A stretch of DNA of 64,000 nt from an uncultured Planctomycetia bacterium (GTDB lineage Bacteria > Omnitrophota > Gorgyraeia > 2-02-FULL-51-18 > JAGOUK01): the NCBI GenBank assembly GCA_964430735.1, contig CAYSFB010000008.1, positions 12,870-76,869 on the forward strand, in the 5' to 3' direction. The position numbers and the translations under genes are program-made. Of the stretch, positions 1 through 8,567 are shown piece by piece (the first letter of the stretch is position 1; every line of letters starts with the position of its first letter). Under the pieces are notes generated by a model, which worked only from the letters and a program-made list of their open reading frames with translations, was not told where the DNA came from and made no database searches.

Positions 1-1050
1 GTCTCCGAGCGCTTCTCAACCCCGAATGCCGAAGGCGCCATCGGCTACACCTACGATTCGAAGAGCCGTAAGATCAAAACCATCTTTGCGGATGAGTCCT
101 ACATCATCACGACTTACAAGGACGACTCATCGCTTCCGGAGTCGGCCATCAACACCGAATCCTTCTTCGACAAGACGCATAAGCACTTAAGGACTCTCGT
201 TTATAACTCCAAAGGCACTCAGGTCCGGCGCATGGTCACCGAAGACGCCCGCAACCTGGACTGCTTCTTCGACGAATGCTGGAAGGAAGACATGGGCTTG
301 AGCTCAGGCTGGAACGGCTCCACTTCCACCGGACCCAAGATCGCCGTCATCGAAACGGGTTCCGCCGACAGCTCACACGCCATGGCCGTCGCCGGTATCG
401 CCAATCGGGTCACGGGCCAGTCCTCGAATTCCACGGTCTTCACTGCCAATGACCACATCAAAGTCATCGACGCCATCAAGATGGCCGCTTCCTCCGGATT
501 CAAGGTCATCAACCTCTCCCTCGAATTCATGCGCGACGGGGTTTTGCGCTGGGGCCAGGCGCTGGGCTATGACGCCGACCGGGCCATCCGTGAATTCAAG
601 GCCATGCTTCAGTCGGCCGTGGACTTCGCCCGCAACCTGGGCGCCGTCATTGTCGCCTCAGCCGGCAACCAAGGGTCCGACTTTTCGCTCCTGGCAGAAC
701 TGGACGGAGTGGTCTCCGTCGGCGCCACGGATTACTTAGGCCGCCGGATCGACGGCTCCGGATTCGGCAGCTCTCTGGATTTCATGGCCTCCGGCTACAA
801 GGTCTGGAGCGAAGGCCAACTGTGGACGGGGACTTCCTTTGCGGCTCCCATGATCTCAGGCATGATCGCCGGCCTCATGATGGCAGGCGGACAGCAGTAC
901 ACCGAAGGACAGATCCTGGGCGCCATGCAATCGTCCGCTCAAGACCTCGGCGCGGCTGGCCGCGACTCGTACTTCGGCTGGGGCAAGGTGAACGCATCCC
1001 GGGCCATGTCCCATCTGCTCTCCGGTCTGTATCAGCTTTTTCTGAATTAA
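1..1050 (+). CDS. 3' end of a larger ORF that enters the window in frame 1 (5' partial). The C-terminal region is a subtilisin-like (S8) peptidase domain with an atypical Asp/His region.
   Basis: The frame is open from nt 1 and stops at 1048-1050; the ORF track shows only the ATG-initiated part (232..1050). S8-type motifs are visible: 'KIAVIETGSADSSH' (Asp-motif region, reading E-T-G instead of D-[ST]-G), 'SAGNQGS' (oxyanion Asn) and 'GTSFAAPMISGMIAGL' (Ser motif GTSxAAP). Confidence 0.6.
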   Translation, partial: VSERFSTPNAEGAIGYTYDSKSRKIKTIFADESYIITTYKDDSSLPESAINTESFFDKTHKHLRTLVYNSKGTQVRRMVTEDARNLDCFFDECWKEDMGLSSGWNGSTSTGPKIAVIETGSADSSHAMAVAGIANRVTGQSSNSTVFTANDHIKVIDAIKMAASSGFKVINLSLEFMRDGVLRWGQALGYDADRAIREFKAMLQSAVDFARNLGAVIVASAGNQGSDFSLLAELDGVVSVGATDYLGRRIDGSGFGSSLDFMASGYKVWSEGQLWTGTSFAAPMISGMIAGLMMAGGQQYTEGQILGAMQSSAQDLGAAGRDSYFGWGKVNASRAMSHLLSGLYQLFLN

Positions 1051-1141
1051 TCCCCAGCCCAAAATTCTCTCCGCTCTCCGCAGGAATCTTGGATTGTTAT
1101 TTGGGGTCGTTGGGCATAAAATGATGCCAACGGAGCCAATC

Positions 1142-1534
1142 ATGTCCAAATCGCTGCAGATCCAAATTTCTCCCTCGAGCGCTTCTTCCTTCGTTCTGAC
1201 CGTCGCGGGCCGCGTGGACGGGGAGACGTCCGTCGAATTCGACCGGCTGACCCAGCCGCTGGCCGCCAAGCAGGCGATCAAAGTCCTGATCGACATGTCC
1301 AAATGCTCCTACGTGTCGAGCGCGGGCTTAAGCTCCTTCTTCGACCTTCGTAAAAAAATCCAGAGCCGGCGGGGCGTCGTTTCCTTCTGCAACCTGCAGC
1401 CTCAAATCCGCAAAGTGTTCGACATCGTCAAAGCCCTGCCGCTGGAATGCGTCTTTTCGAGCACGGTCGAAGCGGATGCTTACCTCGACCGGATGATGGC
1501 CGAAGAGCTCAAAAAAAATCCCTCCAAAAAATGA
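1142..1534 (+). CDS. STAS-domain protein (SpoIIAA-like anti-sigma-factor antagonist)
   Basis: About 130 aa with an anti-anti-sigma layout: 'VEFDRLTQPLAAKQAIKVLIDMSKCSYVSSAGLSSFFDL...FCNLQPQIRKVFDIVKALPLECVFSSTVEADAYL'. GGAG lies 8 nt upstream of the ATG at 1142; the track ORF starts earlier at 1094. The stop overlaps the next gene's start (ATGA at 1531-1534). Confidence 0.6.
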   Translation: MSKSLQIQISPSSASSFVLTVAGRVDGETSVEFDRLTQPLAAKQAIKVLIDMSKCSYVSSAGLSSFFDLRKKIQSRRGVVSFCNLQPQIRKVFDIVKALPLECVFSSTVEADAYLDRMMAEELKKNPSKK

Positions 1535-2382
1535 ATGTTCTGATCGCCGGGTGCGGCTATCTCGGCTGCGCGACGGGCGCCGTTTTGTCCGCCGCTGGCC
1601 ATCGTGTGAAGGGCCTGTGCCGCAGCCAGGCGTCCGCGGACCGGGTGCGTGCCGCCGGCCTGGGGCCGCTTCAGGCCGACTTGACCGACCTGGCCGCGCT
1701 GCGCAAGTTGCCGCTGGGCGGTCTGCACGGTGCGATTCTGTGCCAGGCGCCGGCGAAGGGCGAAGGGTATCAGGCCACCTACCATCAGGCGACCGAGACG
1801 CTCCTGGAAGCGCTGAAGATTTTTGCGGCGCCCGGGGCGGGGCCCGTGCGCACGGTGTTTGTTTCGAGCACGTCCGTGTACGGCCCGCGCGCGGGCGGAT
1901 GGGTCGACGCCGATACGGCGATTGACCCGGAGGTGCTCGACGAGGATGCGCGGGTTCTCAAGCGCACCGAAGATCTGGTGTTGGCCTCCGGCGGAATGGT
2001 GTTGCGGCTCTCGGGGATTTACGGGCCGGGACGGAATCGGATCGAGGCGATACGGTCGGGTCAGTTCAAGCCGTTTTCGGGGTTGGGTTATACGAACCGC
2101 GTTCACCGGGACGATGCGGCCCGTGCGGCGGCGCTCGTTCTCGAAAAGGGCAGGCCCGGCCAGGTCTATTTGGCGTCGGATGACAAGCCGGCCTCTCCCA
2201 CGGAATTTTACGGCTGGCTTTGCGCGCGCATGGGGGTGTCGGCCCCGGCCGCGCCTCCGGCCGTGCAGGCGGCCGAGGCCTGGGCCGCTTCCAAACGCTG
2301 CTCCAACGCCAAGCTCAAGCAGCTGGGATGGGCCCCGAAGTACGCCGGTTACGAGCAGGGGTACGGAGAGCTGCTCGGATGA
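1531..2382 (+). CDS. NAD(P)-binding Rossmann-fold protein of the SDR / NAD-dependent epimerase-dehydratase family
   Basis: N-terminal 'MNVLIAGCGYLGCATGAVLSAAGHRVKGLCRS' is a Gly-rich dinucleotide-binding motif. 'VFVSSTSVYGP' and 'LRLSGIYGPGR' are typical of the epimerase/SDR family. The start overlaps the stop of the STAS gene, and the stop overlaps the maf start (ATGA at 2379-2382). Confidence 0.7.
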   Translation: MNVLIAGCGYLGCATGAVLSAAGHRVKGLCRSQASADRVRAAGLGPLQADLTDLAALRKLPLGGLHGAILCQAPAKGEGYQATYHQATETLLEALKIFAAPGAGPVRTVFVSSTSVYGPRAGGWVDADTAIDPEVLDEDARVLKRTEDLVLASGGMVLRLSGIYGPGRNRIEAIRSGQFKPFSGLGYTNRVHRDDAARAAALVLEKGRPGQVYLASDDKPASPTEFYGWLCARMGVSAPAAPPAVQAAEAWAASKRCSNAKLKQLGWAPKYAGYEQGYGELLG

Positions 2383-2933
2383 TTTTTCTCGCGTCGCAGT
2401 CTCCGCGCAGAAGCTTTTTGCTCAAAGCGGCCGGCCTCCGCTTCGCCGTCGTCGCTTCCGCCCACGAAGAAATCATCCACGAACAACTCTCACCCGAAGA
2501 TAATGCGCTCTGGAACGCGCTGCTCAAATGCTCACGCGCCCGTCTCCGCCGCGGCGTCCGCTCCGGCGTTGTCATCGGCGCCGACACGCTCATCGACTTC
2601 AAGGGAAAAGTGGTCATCAAGCCCCGCCACCGCGCCGATGCTGAGCGGATGCTCAAGGGCTTTGCCGGCCGCACCCACACCGTCATCACCGCTGTCGCGG
2701 TGAAAAATCTTGCCACCGGCCGCTTCCGGACCTTCACCGTCAAATCCCGCGTGACGTTCAAAAAACTCTCGTTGAAGACAATCCGCGAATACCTCGACAC
2801 GGGCGAGTACGCTGATAAGGCCGGCGCGTACGGTTATCAGGAAAAAGGCAGGGCGTTGGTTCAGCGGGTCAAAGGATCCCAAACCAACGTCATCGGCCTC
2901 CCCATGGAGCAGCTCAAACGCAGATTAAAATAA
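2379..2933 (+). CDS. maf: Maf-family nucleoside triphosphate pyrophosphatase (septum formation protein Maf)
   Basis: 'MIFLASQSPRRSFLLKAAGLRF...GADTLIDFKGKVVIKPRHRADAERML...GRTHTVITAVAV...DKAGAYGYQEKGRALVQRVKGSQTNVIGLPMEQL' matches the Maf family signature along the whole length. Confidence 0.85.
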   Translation: MIFLASQSPRRSFLLKAAGLRFAVVASAHEEIIHEQLSPEDNALWNALLKCSRARLRRGVRSGVVIGADTLIDFKGKVVIKPRHRADAERMLKGFAGRTHTVITAVAVKNLATGRFRTFTVKSRVTFKKLSLKTIREYLDTGEYADKAGAYGYQEKGRALVQRVKGSQTNVIGLPMEQLKRRLK

Positions 2934-2986
2934 ATAGGGACACGTACTATTTAATTTAAATAAATAGTACGTGTCCCTATTTATTT
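2928..2986. terminator. Perfect 26-nt inverted repeat with a 7-nt loop, lying between convergent maf and pepF. Likely a bidirectional intrinsic terminator and copy 1 of a repeated palindromic element.
   Basis: AAATAAATAGGGACACGTACTATTTA-atttaaa-TAAATAGTACGTGTCCCTATTTATTT, A-rich on the 5' side and T-rich on the 3' side. It sits between the maf stop (2931-2933) and the pepF stop (2981-2983, minus strand). The core TAGGGACACGTACTATTTA recurs at 31751 and 32708/32751. Confidence 0.6.
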
Positions 2987-4780
2987 GGAGAGGGATTCGG
3001 CTTCTTGGACGAGGGCGTCGAGGAGTTTGAGGCCGGAGTTCCAGAATTCGGGGTCTTCGAGGTTGAGGCCCATGCCGGCGGCGAGTTCTTCGGGCTTTTT
3101 GGAGCCGCCGAGCGCGAGCATGTCGAGGTACTTCGGTACGAACGCGGCCCCCGTTTCCTTGTACTTCTGATAGAGCGCCAGCACGAAGAGCTGCGCGAAC
3201 GAATACGCGTAGCAGTAGAACGGCGTGTGGACAAAATGCGGGATGTATTTCCAGCCGTGCCGGTAATTTTCGGTCAGAATGACACTTTTTCCATAAAGCT
3301 CTGAGTTCGCCTCGATCCAGAACCCGTTCAGTGCCTCTTCCGCCAGCTCTCCGTCCTTCATCCCGCCCAAATGCGCCTTGAGCTCGAAGTCCGTCATCGC
3401 GATCTGCCGGAACACCGTCGCAAAATTGTCGTCGATCTTGCCGCAGAGGAGCGCGAGCCGTTCCTTGGGGTCCTTCACTTCGCCCAAGATCCGGTCGAAG
3501 ATGAGCATTTCGCCGAAGACGGAGGCCGTTTCGGCCATCGTGAGCGGCGCGTCGGATTCGAGGATGCCGACTTTGCGTCCCGCGAGGTATTGGTGCAGGC
3601 CGTGGCCGAGTTCGTGCGCGACGGTGAGCACGTCGCGGAGGTGGCCGGTGTAGTTCACGAGGATATACGGGTGCAGGTCCGGCGTCGTCTGGCAGCAGAA
3701 GCCGCCGCCTTGTTTGCCGGGGCGCACTTCCGCGTCGATCCAGCGCTTGTCGAAGAATTGCTCGACGATCTTCGCCGCCTCCGGCGAAAAGTCCCGGTAA
3801 CCGGCGAGCACGATCCGCTTGCACTCGTCGAACGAGACGCCGCTTTCGCGCGCGGAGAGCGACGCGTAGCGGTCGTAGTCATACAGGGGATCGAGGCCGA
3901 GGAGTTTGCCCTTGAGTTTGTAGTAGCGCTGGGCGATCGGATACGCGGCTTTGACGCTCTTGATCAGGTTCTCGATCACCGGGAGCCGCGTTTCGTTGGC
4001 GAGGTTGCGGCCGTCGGCCGGGTGCGTGTAACCGCGCAGCTTCATCGACGAGCGGTGGTCGGCCAGGATCATGTTGTAAATGTAGGTGAGCAGGTGCGAA
4101 TTGGCCTTGAGACCCTCGGCGAGCGACTCGGACCCGGCTTTGCGGACCGCACGGTCGGGGGAGTGTAAGAGCGCGAGGACTTCCGTCTCCGTTTTCTGGA
4201 CGCGCTTGCCGCCTTCTTCTATATAGAACGGGATCTTGTTGACCGTTTCGTCGAAGAGGCGCGAAAAAGCGCTGGAGCCCGTGTTGTCCTTGATCGACAG
4301 GATTTTTTCTTCGGGTTCCGAGAGCGTGTGCGGCGCGTATTTGCGCATGTCTTCGAGGTAATGCCGGTCGGCGGCCAGTTCCGGACGCGTGACGATCGCA
4401 CGGACCGCGGCTTCGGGCGCCTTGCACCAAAGAATGCCCCAGAACAGCAAGTGATTGTGGATGTTGGTCAGCCGATCCTGGATCTTTTGCAAAAAAGCAC
4501 CGCGTTTGGCGTCGTCGGTTTGCTCAGCGAAGGACAGATGCGCGAAAACGGCGACCTTGGTCTCGGGATGGATGAGCGCCTTGTAGTCCTTGAGGAGCGC
4601 GGCGGTGTCGAACGGCGTGCCGGCCGCCGCAAAAGCTTCGAGCGCGGGCTTCCAAGCCTTTTCGAACGCTTGGGCGAGCGCTTCGGCGCGGTCGAGATCG
4701 GCTGCGAGCTTGGGATCGTCCGCCGAGGCGTAAAGGTCGGCCAGGTTCCAGCGGATGCCGGAGGCGTAATTTTTATCCAT
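2981..4780 (-). CDS. pepF: Oligoendopeptidase F (M3B family zinc metallopeptidase)
   Basis: 599 aa with the HExxH zinc site 'VAHELGHGLHQYLAG' and M3B-type N- and C-terminal regions ('MDKNYASGIRWNLADLYAS...', '...GGSKKPEELAAGMGLNLEDPEFW'). Confidence 0.85.
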   Translation of the reverse strand: MDKNYASGIRWNLADLYASADDPKLAADLDRAEALAQAFEKAWKPALEAFAAAGTPFDTAALLKDYKALIHPETKVAVFAHLSFAEQTDDAKRGAFLQKIQDRLTNIHNHLLFWGILWCKAPEAAVRAIVTRPELAADRHYLEDMRKYAPHTLSEPEEKILSIKDNTGSSAFSRLFDETVNKIPFYIEEGGKRVQKTETEVLALLHSPDRAVRKAGSESLAEGLKANSHLLTYIYNMILADHRSSMKLRGYTHPADGRNLANETRLPVIENLIKSVKAAYPIAQRYYKLKGKLLGLDPLYDYDRYASLSARESGVSFDECKRIVLAGYRDFSPEAAKIVEQFFDKRWIDAEVRPGKQGGGFCCQTTPDLHPYILVNYTGHLRDVLTVAHELGHGLHQYLAGRKVGILESDAPLTMAETASVFGEMLIFDRILGEVKDPKERLALLCGKIDDNFATVFRQIAMTDFELKAHLGGMKDGELAEEALNGFWIEANSELYGKSVILTENYRHGWKYIPHFVHTPFYCYAYSFAQLFVLALYQKYKETGAAFVPKYLDMLALGGSKKPEELAAGMGLNLEDPEFWNSGLKLLDALVQEAESLSK

Positions 4781-4802
4781 AGAACAATTATATCATAGCC
4801 GC

Positions 4803-4850
4803 TTGACAATGTACTCATTATGAGTACAATTGTACTCATAATGAGTACAA
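4803..4850 (+). promoter_or_regulatory. Near-consensus sigma-70-type promoter (TTGACA-N16-TACAAT) overlapped by two tandem 17-nt palindromic operators, upstream of the MNT-HEPN pair
   Basis: TTGACA at 4803-4808 and TACAAT at 4825-4830. The operators are GTACTCATTATGAGTAC (4811-4827) and GTACTCATAATGAGTAC (4832-4848), each a perfect palindrome. pepF diverges on the minus strand. Confidence 0.55.
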
Positions 4851-5449
4851 AAGCCGAGAATCTTCAATTGTCCGCGTTATTTGGAAAGACCCGACGGAGG
4901 GTTTTGGCCGCTCTGTGCGCTTCGGACGCCGAGCCGCAATTTTTGCGCGGGATCGCGCGGGTATCCGGGGTGAGCGCGGGAACGGTCCAGCGCGAGCTCA
5001 TATCGCTGGTAGGCTCAGGTATCGTGATCCGTGAAGCGCAAGGCCGGCAGATCCTGTATCGGATCAATCCCAATCTGTCTTTTGCGGCGGAGCTAAAGTC
5101 GATTTTTTATAAGACGACCGGTATCCCGGATGCGTTGAGGCGGGCGCTGGAGCCGATCCGGCATAAAATCAAAAACGCTTTTATCTACGGTTCCTATGCC
5201 GCCGGATCCGCCAGGCCCGGCAGCGATGTGGATGTGGCGGTCATCGGTTCTGCGTCCGTCGCCGAAGTGGTCGCCGTGTTCGGGCCCGTTCAGCTGGACT
5301 TGGGACGCGAGATCAATCCGACCGTTTTTTCCGCCGCTGAATTCAAGAAAGGAACCGCTTCCGGAAACCCGTTCCTTGCCCGGGTTTGGAAAGGTCCGAA
5401 GATCTTTTTGATAGGGGGACCGAATGAGTCTGGAGCAATGGCGGAGTAA
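4841..5449 (+). CDS. Nucleotidyltransferase-domain protein with an N-terminal wHTH (MNT-type antitoxin-like; MntA/AbiEi-like)
   Basis: 'LRGIARVSGVSAGTVQRELISLVGSGIV' is a wHTH; 'IYGSYAAGSARPGSDVDVAVI' is the minimal nucleotidyltransferase GS...DxD motif. Start chosen at ATG 4841, after the operators. The track ORF begins at 4820 inside the operator palindrome. Confidence 0.65.
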   Translation: MSTKAENLQLSALFGKTRRRVLAALCASDAEPQFLRGIARVSGVSAGTVQRELISLVGSGIVIREAQGRQILYRINPNLSFAAELKSIFYKTTGIPDALRRALEPIRHKIKNAFIYGSYAAGSARPGSDVDVAVIGSASVAEVVAVFGPVQLDLGREINPTVFSAAEFKKGTASGNPFLARVWKGPKIFLIGGPNESGAMAE

Positions 5450-5870
5450 CGGCTGGATCCTTCCGCATCGCGCTGAAGATTCGGAATTAAGATCATTGTT
5501 AGAGGTGATTGAGCGGGATCTGCGGCAATGCCGCGTGAAGGGCATTGTGCCTGACTGGGCGTTAAGTATCGCGTATAATGCGGCATTGCAAACGGCCCGG
5601 CTGGCTTTGTTCGCGGCGGGTTACCGGATCTCCGGAGGCGAGGCACACCACTTCCGAGTGATACAAAGTCTGTCGTTTACGATCGCGGCGGAACCGGGCG
5701 TGGTCGCCCAGCTGGATCTTTTTAGGAAAAAGCGTAATTTTTGTGATTATGAGGCCGCCGGATCGGTGACCCTGACCGAAGTGAAGGCTGTCATTCAACT
5801 GGCTGAAGCGCTGAGTTTGCGAACCAAAGATTTTTTAAAACAACAACGGCCTTCTTTATTTAAAAAGTGA
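5424..5870 (+). CDS. HEPN-like domain protein, the probable toxin partner of the upstream nucleotidyltransferase
   Basis: 148 aa, alpha-helical, containing 'LFRKKRNFCDYEA' (an R-N-x3-Y variant of the HEPN Rx4-6H motif). It overlaps the upstream gene by 26 nt, as is typical of MNT-HEPN pairs. Confidence 0.5.
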   Translation: MSLEQWRSNGWILPHRAEDSELRSLLEVIERDLRQCRVKGIVPDWALSIAYNAALQTARLALFAAGYRISGGEAHHFRVIQSLSFTIAAEPGVVAQLDLFRKKRNFCDYEAAGSVTLTEVKAVIQLAEALSLRTKDFLKQQRPSLFKK

Positions 5871-5877
5871 TCCACAT

Positions 5878-6483
5878 TTGAAGCGTTTTAAAGCAGTTTT
5901 ATTTTGTTTGTTCACGAGTTTGGGCGCAGCTTCATATGTTCTGGCGGTCGAAACCAACGAGATTCCGAAGCGTTCGACTGCGGCTCAGGTGATCGACGGC
6001 GACACGCTGGAGCTGGCGACGGGCGACCGCGTGCGCCTCATCGGGATCGACGCGCCCGAGCTGGTCGACACCAACAACCGCAACGCCAAAACGGCCAAGT
6101 ACGAAGACCTGAGAAAAGCCGCTGTGGATCTGTACGCGGTCGAGGCCGCTGTTGAGGCGAAGGACTGGGTTGAAGATCAGAAGCTCGTCATTCTCACCGA
6201 CCCGATCAACGAGGACCGCGGCCACCGCGACGATTACGGCCGGATTCTGGCGTACGTTTGCCGCGAATCGGACGGCCGCTGCCTTGCCGAAGACCTTTTG
6301 TCCGGTGGCTACGCGCTCGTTTACCGGCGCTTCAGCTTCGACCGCAAGGACGAATTCCTGAAGCTGGAGAAAAAAGCGCGGCGCAACGCCCGCGGCGTTT
6401 GGAAACACCAGATTCCGTCCAAAGACTTCGGCAAAACCTCCCCCAAAGCCAAGACTCCCAAAACCAAAAAGAAGTCCGATTGA
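5878..6483 (+). CDS. Secreted thermonuclease (staphylococcal nuclease / SNase homologue)
   Basis: Signal peptide 'MKRFKAVLFCLFTSLGAASYVLA' followed by 'VIDGDTLELATGDRVRLIGIDAPE', the canonical SNase signature. The start codon appears to be TTG at 5878. Confidence 0.8.
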   Translation: MKRFKAVLFCLFTSLGAASYVLAVETNEIPKRSTAAQVIDGDTLELATGDRVRLIGIDAPELVDTNNRNAKTAKYEDLRKAAVDLYAVEAAVEAKDWVEDQKLVILTDPINEDRGHRDDYGRILAYVCRESDGRCLAEDLLSGGYALVYRRFSFDRKDEFLKLEKKARRNARGVWKHQIPSKDFGKTSPKAKTPKTKKKSD

Positions 6484-7424
6484 GCCTGCCCGAAGTTTTT
6501 GTCGAGCGGCTGAAGAAGATCCTTCCGGAATCCGAATTCCAGAGGGTGGTCGGGACTTTTTCGGTTCCGCGTCCGTTCGCCGTGCGTGTAAACACGCTCA
6601 AGACCACGGCCGCCGAAGCCGACGCCTATCTGGCTTCCAAAAATATTCCGGCCGCGGCCGTGTCCTGGTACTCCGATGCGCGCGTTTTGGATGCGGGCGC
6701 GCGGACCGCGCTCCGAGGAGACGCGTGGATCGAGCGGGGGAAGCTCTATCCCCAGAATTTATCGAGCATGATCGCGCCTTTGGTGCTTGCGCCCAAACCG
6801 GGCGAGCGGGTGCTGGACCTCTGCGCCGCGCCGGGCAGCAAAACGACGCAGATGGCCCAAATGATGAAGAATTCCGGCGCGATCACGGCGGTGGACGTCG
6901 TCCATAGCCGGTACTTCAAGCTGAAGACTGTCTGCGCGCTCATCGGGGCGAAGATCGTGAAGCCCGTCTGCGTCGACGGCCGCAAGTACCGGATCGACAA
7001 CGACAAATTCCGCGAAGAGCCGTTCGACCGAATCCTCGTCGACGCGCCTTGCAGTTCCGAGGGCATGTTCGACGCGAACGATCCGGAAACCACCGCTTAC
7101 TGGAGTCCGCGCAAGATCGACGAGATGTCCAAGAAACAGCGCGGCCTGCTCCTGTCCGCGTCGCGTCTCCTGAAGCGCGGCGGAACGATGGTGTATTCGA
7201 CCTGCAGCTTTGCGCCGGAGGAAAACGAGATCACCGTCGACTGGCTGTTGAAAAAAGCAGACCCGGGACTCAAATGCGTCGCGACCGGTCTGGCCGCGCC
7301 CCATCTGCCGGTGCTGGATCATTGGGATAAACGGACCTTCCATCCCTCCGTCCGCAACGCCGCACGCATCCTTCCAGGGGAGGGGCGCATCGGATTTTTC
7401 ATCTCCAAGTTTGTGCTAGAATAG
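6480..7424 (+). CDS. rRNA cytosine-C5 methyltransferase of the RsmB/RsmF (NOL1/NOP2/Sun) family
   Basis: 'VLDLCAAPGSKTTQMAQMM' (SAM motif I), 'RILVDAPCSSEGM' (catalytic Cys in the PC motif) and 'MVYSTCSFAPEENE' (TC motif). A non-ATG start is presumed (TTG at 6480, overlapping the SNase stop), so the start is uncertain. Confidence 0.75.
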   Translation: MSLPEVFVERLKKILPESEFQRVVGTFSVPRPFAVRVNTLKTTAAEADAYLASKNIPAAAVSWYSDARVLDAGARTALRGDAWIERGKLYPQNLSSMIAPLVLAPKPGERVLDLCAAPGSKTTQMAQMMKNSGAITAVDVVHSRYFKLKTVCALIGAKIVKPVCVDGRKYRIDNDKFREEPFDRILVDAPCSSEGMFDANDPETTAYWSPRKIDEMSKKQRGLLLSASRLLKRGGTMVYSTCSFAPEENEITVDWLLKKADPGLKCVATGLAAPHLPVLDHWDKRTFHPSVRNAARILPGEGRIGFFISKFVLE

Positions 7425-7436
7425 CGCCCGACCCCG

Positions 7437-8567
7437 ATGAATATCAGCGTACCCAGAGAAACCCTTCTCTCCGAAAACCGCGTCGCTCTCGTCCCTGAGA
7501 CGGCGGCCAAGCTCATCAAAGCCGGATTCGAAGTCCGCGTTGAGCGCGGCGCCGGCGACCGCGCCTTTTTCCCCGACGCCGACTACGAAAGAGCCGGAGC
7601 CAAGATCATCGCCGACGCCGCGACGCTCCTGCGCGAAGCGGATCTTCTCGTCAAAGTCGGAACCCCTTCTCCCGAACAGATTGCTCTTCTCAAGCCCGAA
7701 GCCGTTTATATCGGCTTCCTCAATCCGTTGGCGCAGCCGGAACTTTCGAAGACTTTGGCCGACCACGGTGTGACTGCGTTCGCGATGGAGCTCATTCCGC
7801 GCACGAGCCGCGCCCAGGCCGCCGACGCGCTGTCGTCCCAGGCATCGATCGCCGGGTACAAATCCGTACTTTTGGCCGCGGACACGCTGGGTAAATATTT
7901 TCCGATGCTGACGACGGCGGCGGGGACCGTGCCGCCGGCCAAGGTGCTCGTGATCGGCGTCGGCGTCGCCGGGCTTCAGGCGATTGCGACGGCTAAACGG
8001 CTCGGCGCCGTGGTCGAAGCCTTCGACATCCGCCCCGAGGTTAAAGAGCAGGTCCAGAGCCTGGGCGCCAAATTCGTTGAGGCCAAGCTCGAGGTGGACG
8101 CGCGCGCCGAGGGCGGTTACGCCAAGGAAATCGGCGACGAGGCCAAGAAAAAACTTCAGGAAGCGCTCGCGGACCATGTGAGCCAGTCCGATGCGGTCAT
8201 CACGACCGCCCAGGTGCCCGGTAAAAAAGCTCCTGTGCTCGTCACGCGCGCGATGGTCGCCCGGATGAAGCCGGGCGCGGTCGTCGTGGATCTGGCGGCC
8301 GAGCAGGGCGGTAACGTCGAAGGGTCGAAGCCCGGCGAGACCGTTTTGACCGGCGGCGTCCGTATTCTCGGGCCTGTCAATCTCCCGGCGTCGATGCCGA
8401 CGCATGCGAGCCAGCTTTTTTCCCGCAATGTGCTGGCGCTCGTGCTGCTGTTGACCAAGGACGGCAAACTCGCGCTCAACTTCGAGGACGATATCGTCAA
8501 AGGTTCCTGCGTCGCGCGTGACAAGGCCATTCAGAACGAGCGTGTGAAGGCGGCGCTGGCGTCATGA
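7437..8567 (+). CDS. pntAA: NAD(P) transhydrogenase alpha subunit part 1 (alanine-dehydrogenase-like dI domain)
   Basis: 'MNISVPRETLLSENRVALVPETAAKLIKAGFEVRVERGAG...' and the NAD Rossmann motif 'KVLVIGVGVAGLQAIATAKRLGAVVEAFD'. Confidence 0.85.
   Translation: MNISVPRETLLSENRVALVPETAAKLIKAGFEVRVERGAGDRAFFPDADYERAGAKIIADAATLLREADLLVKVGTPSPEQIALLKPEAVYIGFLNPLAQPELSKTLADHGVTAFAMELIPRTSRAQAADALSSQASIAGYKSVLLAADTLGKYFPMLTTAAGTVPPAKVLVIGVGVAGLQAIATAKRLGAVVEAFDIRPEVKEQVQSLGAKFVEAKLEVDARAEGGYAKEIGDEAKKKLQEALADHVSQSDAVITTAQVPGKKAPVLVTRAMVARMKPGAVVVDLAAEQGGNVEGSKPGETVLTGGVRILGPVNLPASMPTHASQLFSRNVLALVLLLTKDGKLALNFEDDIVKGSCVARDKAIQNERVKAALAS

Noticed and set aside
1089-1122. Possible promoter TTGTTA-N16-TAAAAT upstream of the STAS gene
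   Set aside because: Only a loose hexamer match in a short intergenic region, too weak to report as a feature.
1447-2382. N-terminal extension of the SDR/epimerase ORF back to 1447, and the + frame ORFs at 1551..1925 and 1823..2503
   Set aside because: The extension overlaps the STAS gene. The Rossmann motif begins right after ATG 1531, which overlaps the STAS stop (ATGA coupling). The other ORFs are out-of-frame Arg-rich artefacts.
2925-3824. 299-aa minus-strand ORF overlapping pepF in another frame, and the + strand ORFs at 3371..4168 and 4328..4798
   Set aside because: pepF (2981..4780, minus strand) has the HELGH zinc site and full-length M3B similarity. The overlapping ORFs are Arg-rich frame artefacts.
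4820-4839. ORF-track starts 'MSTIVLIMST...' on both strands (4820 on + and 4839 on -)
   Set aside because: They arise from translating the tandem palindromic operator in both directions. The + gene most likely starts at ATG 4841, and the minus-strand ORF (4468..4839) is antisense to pepF.
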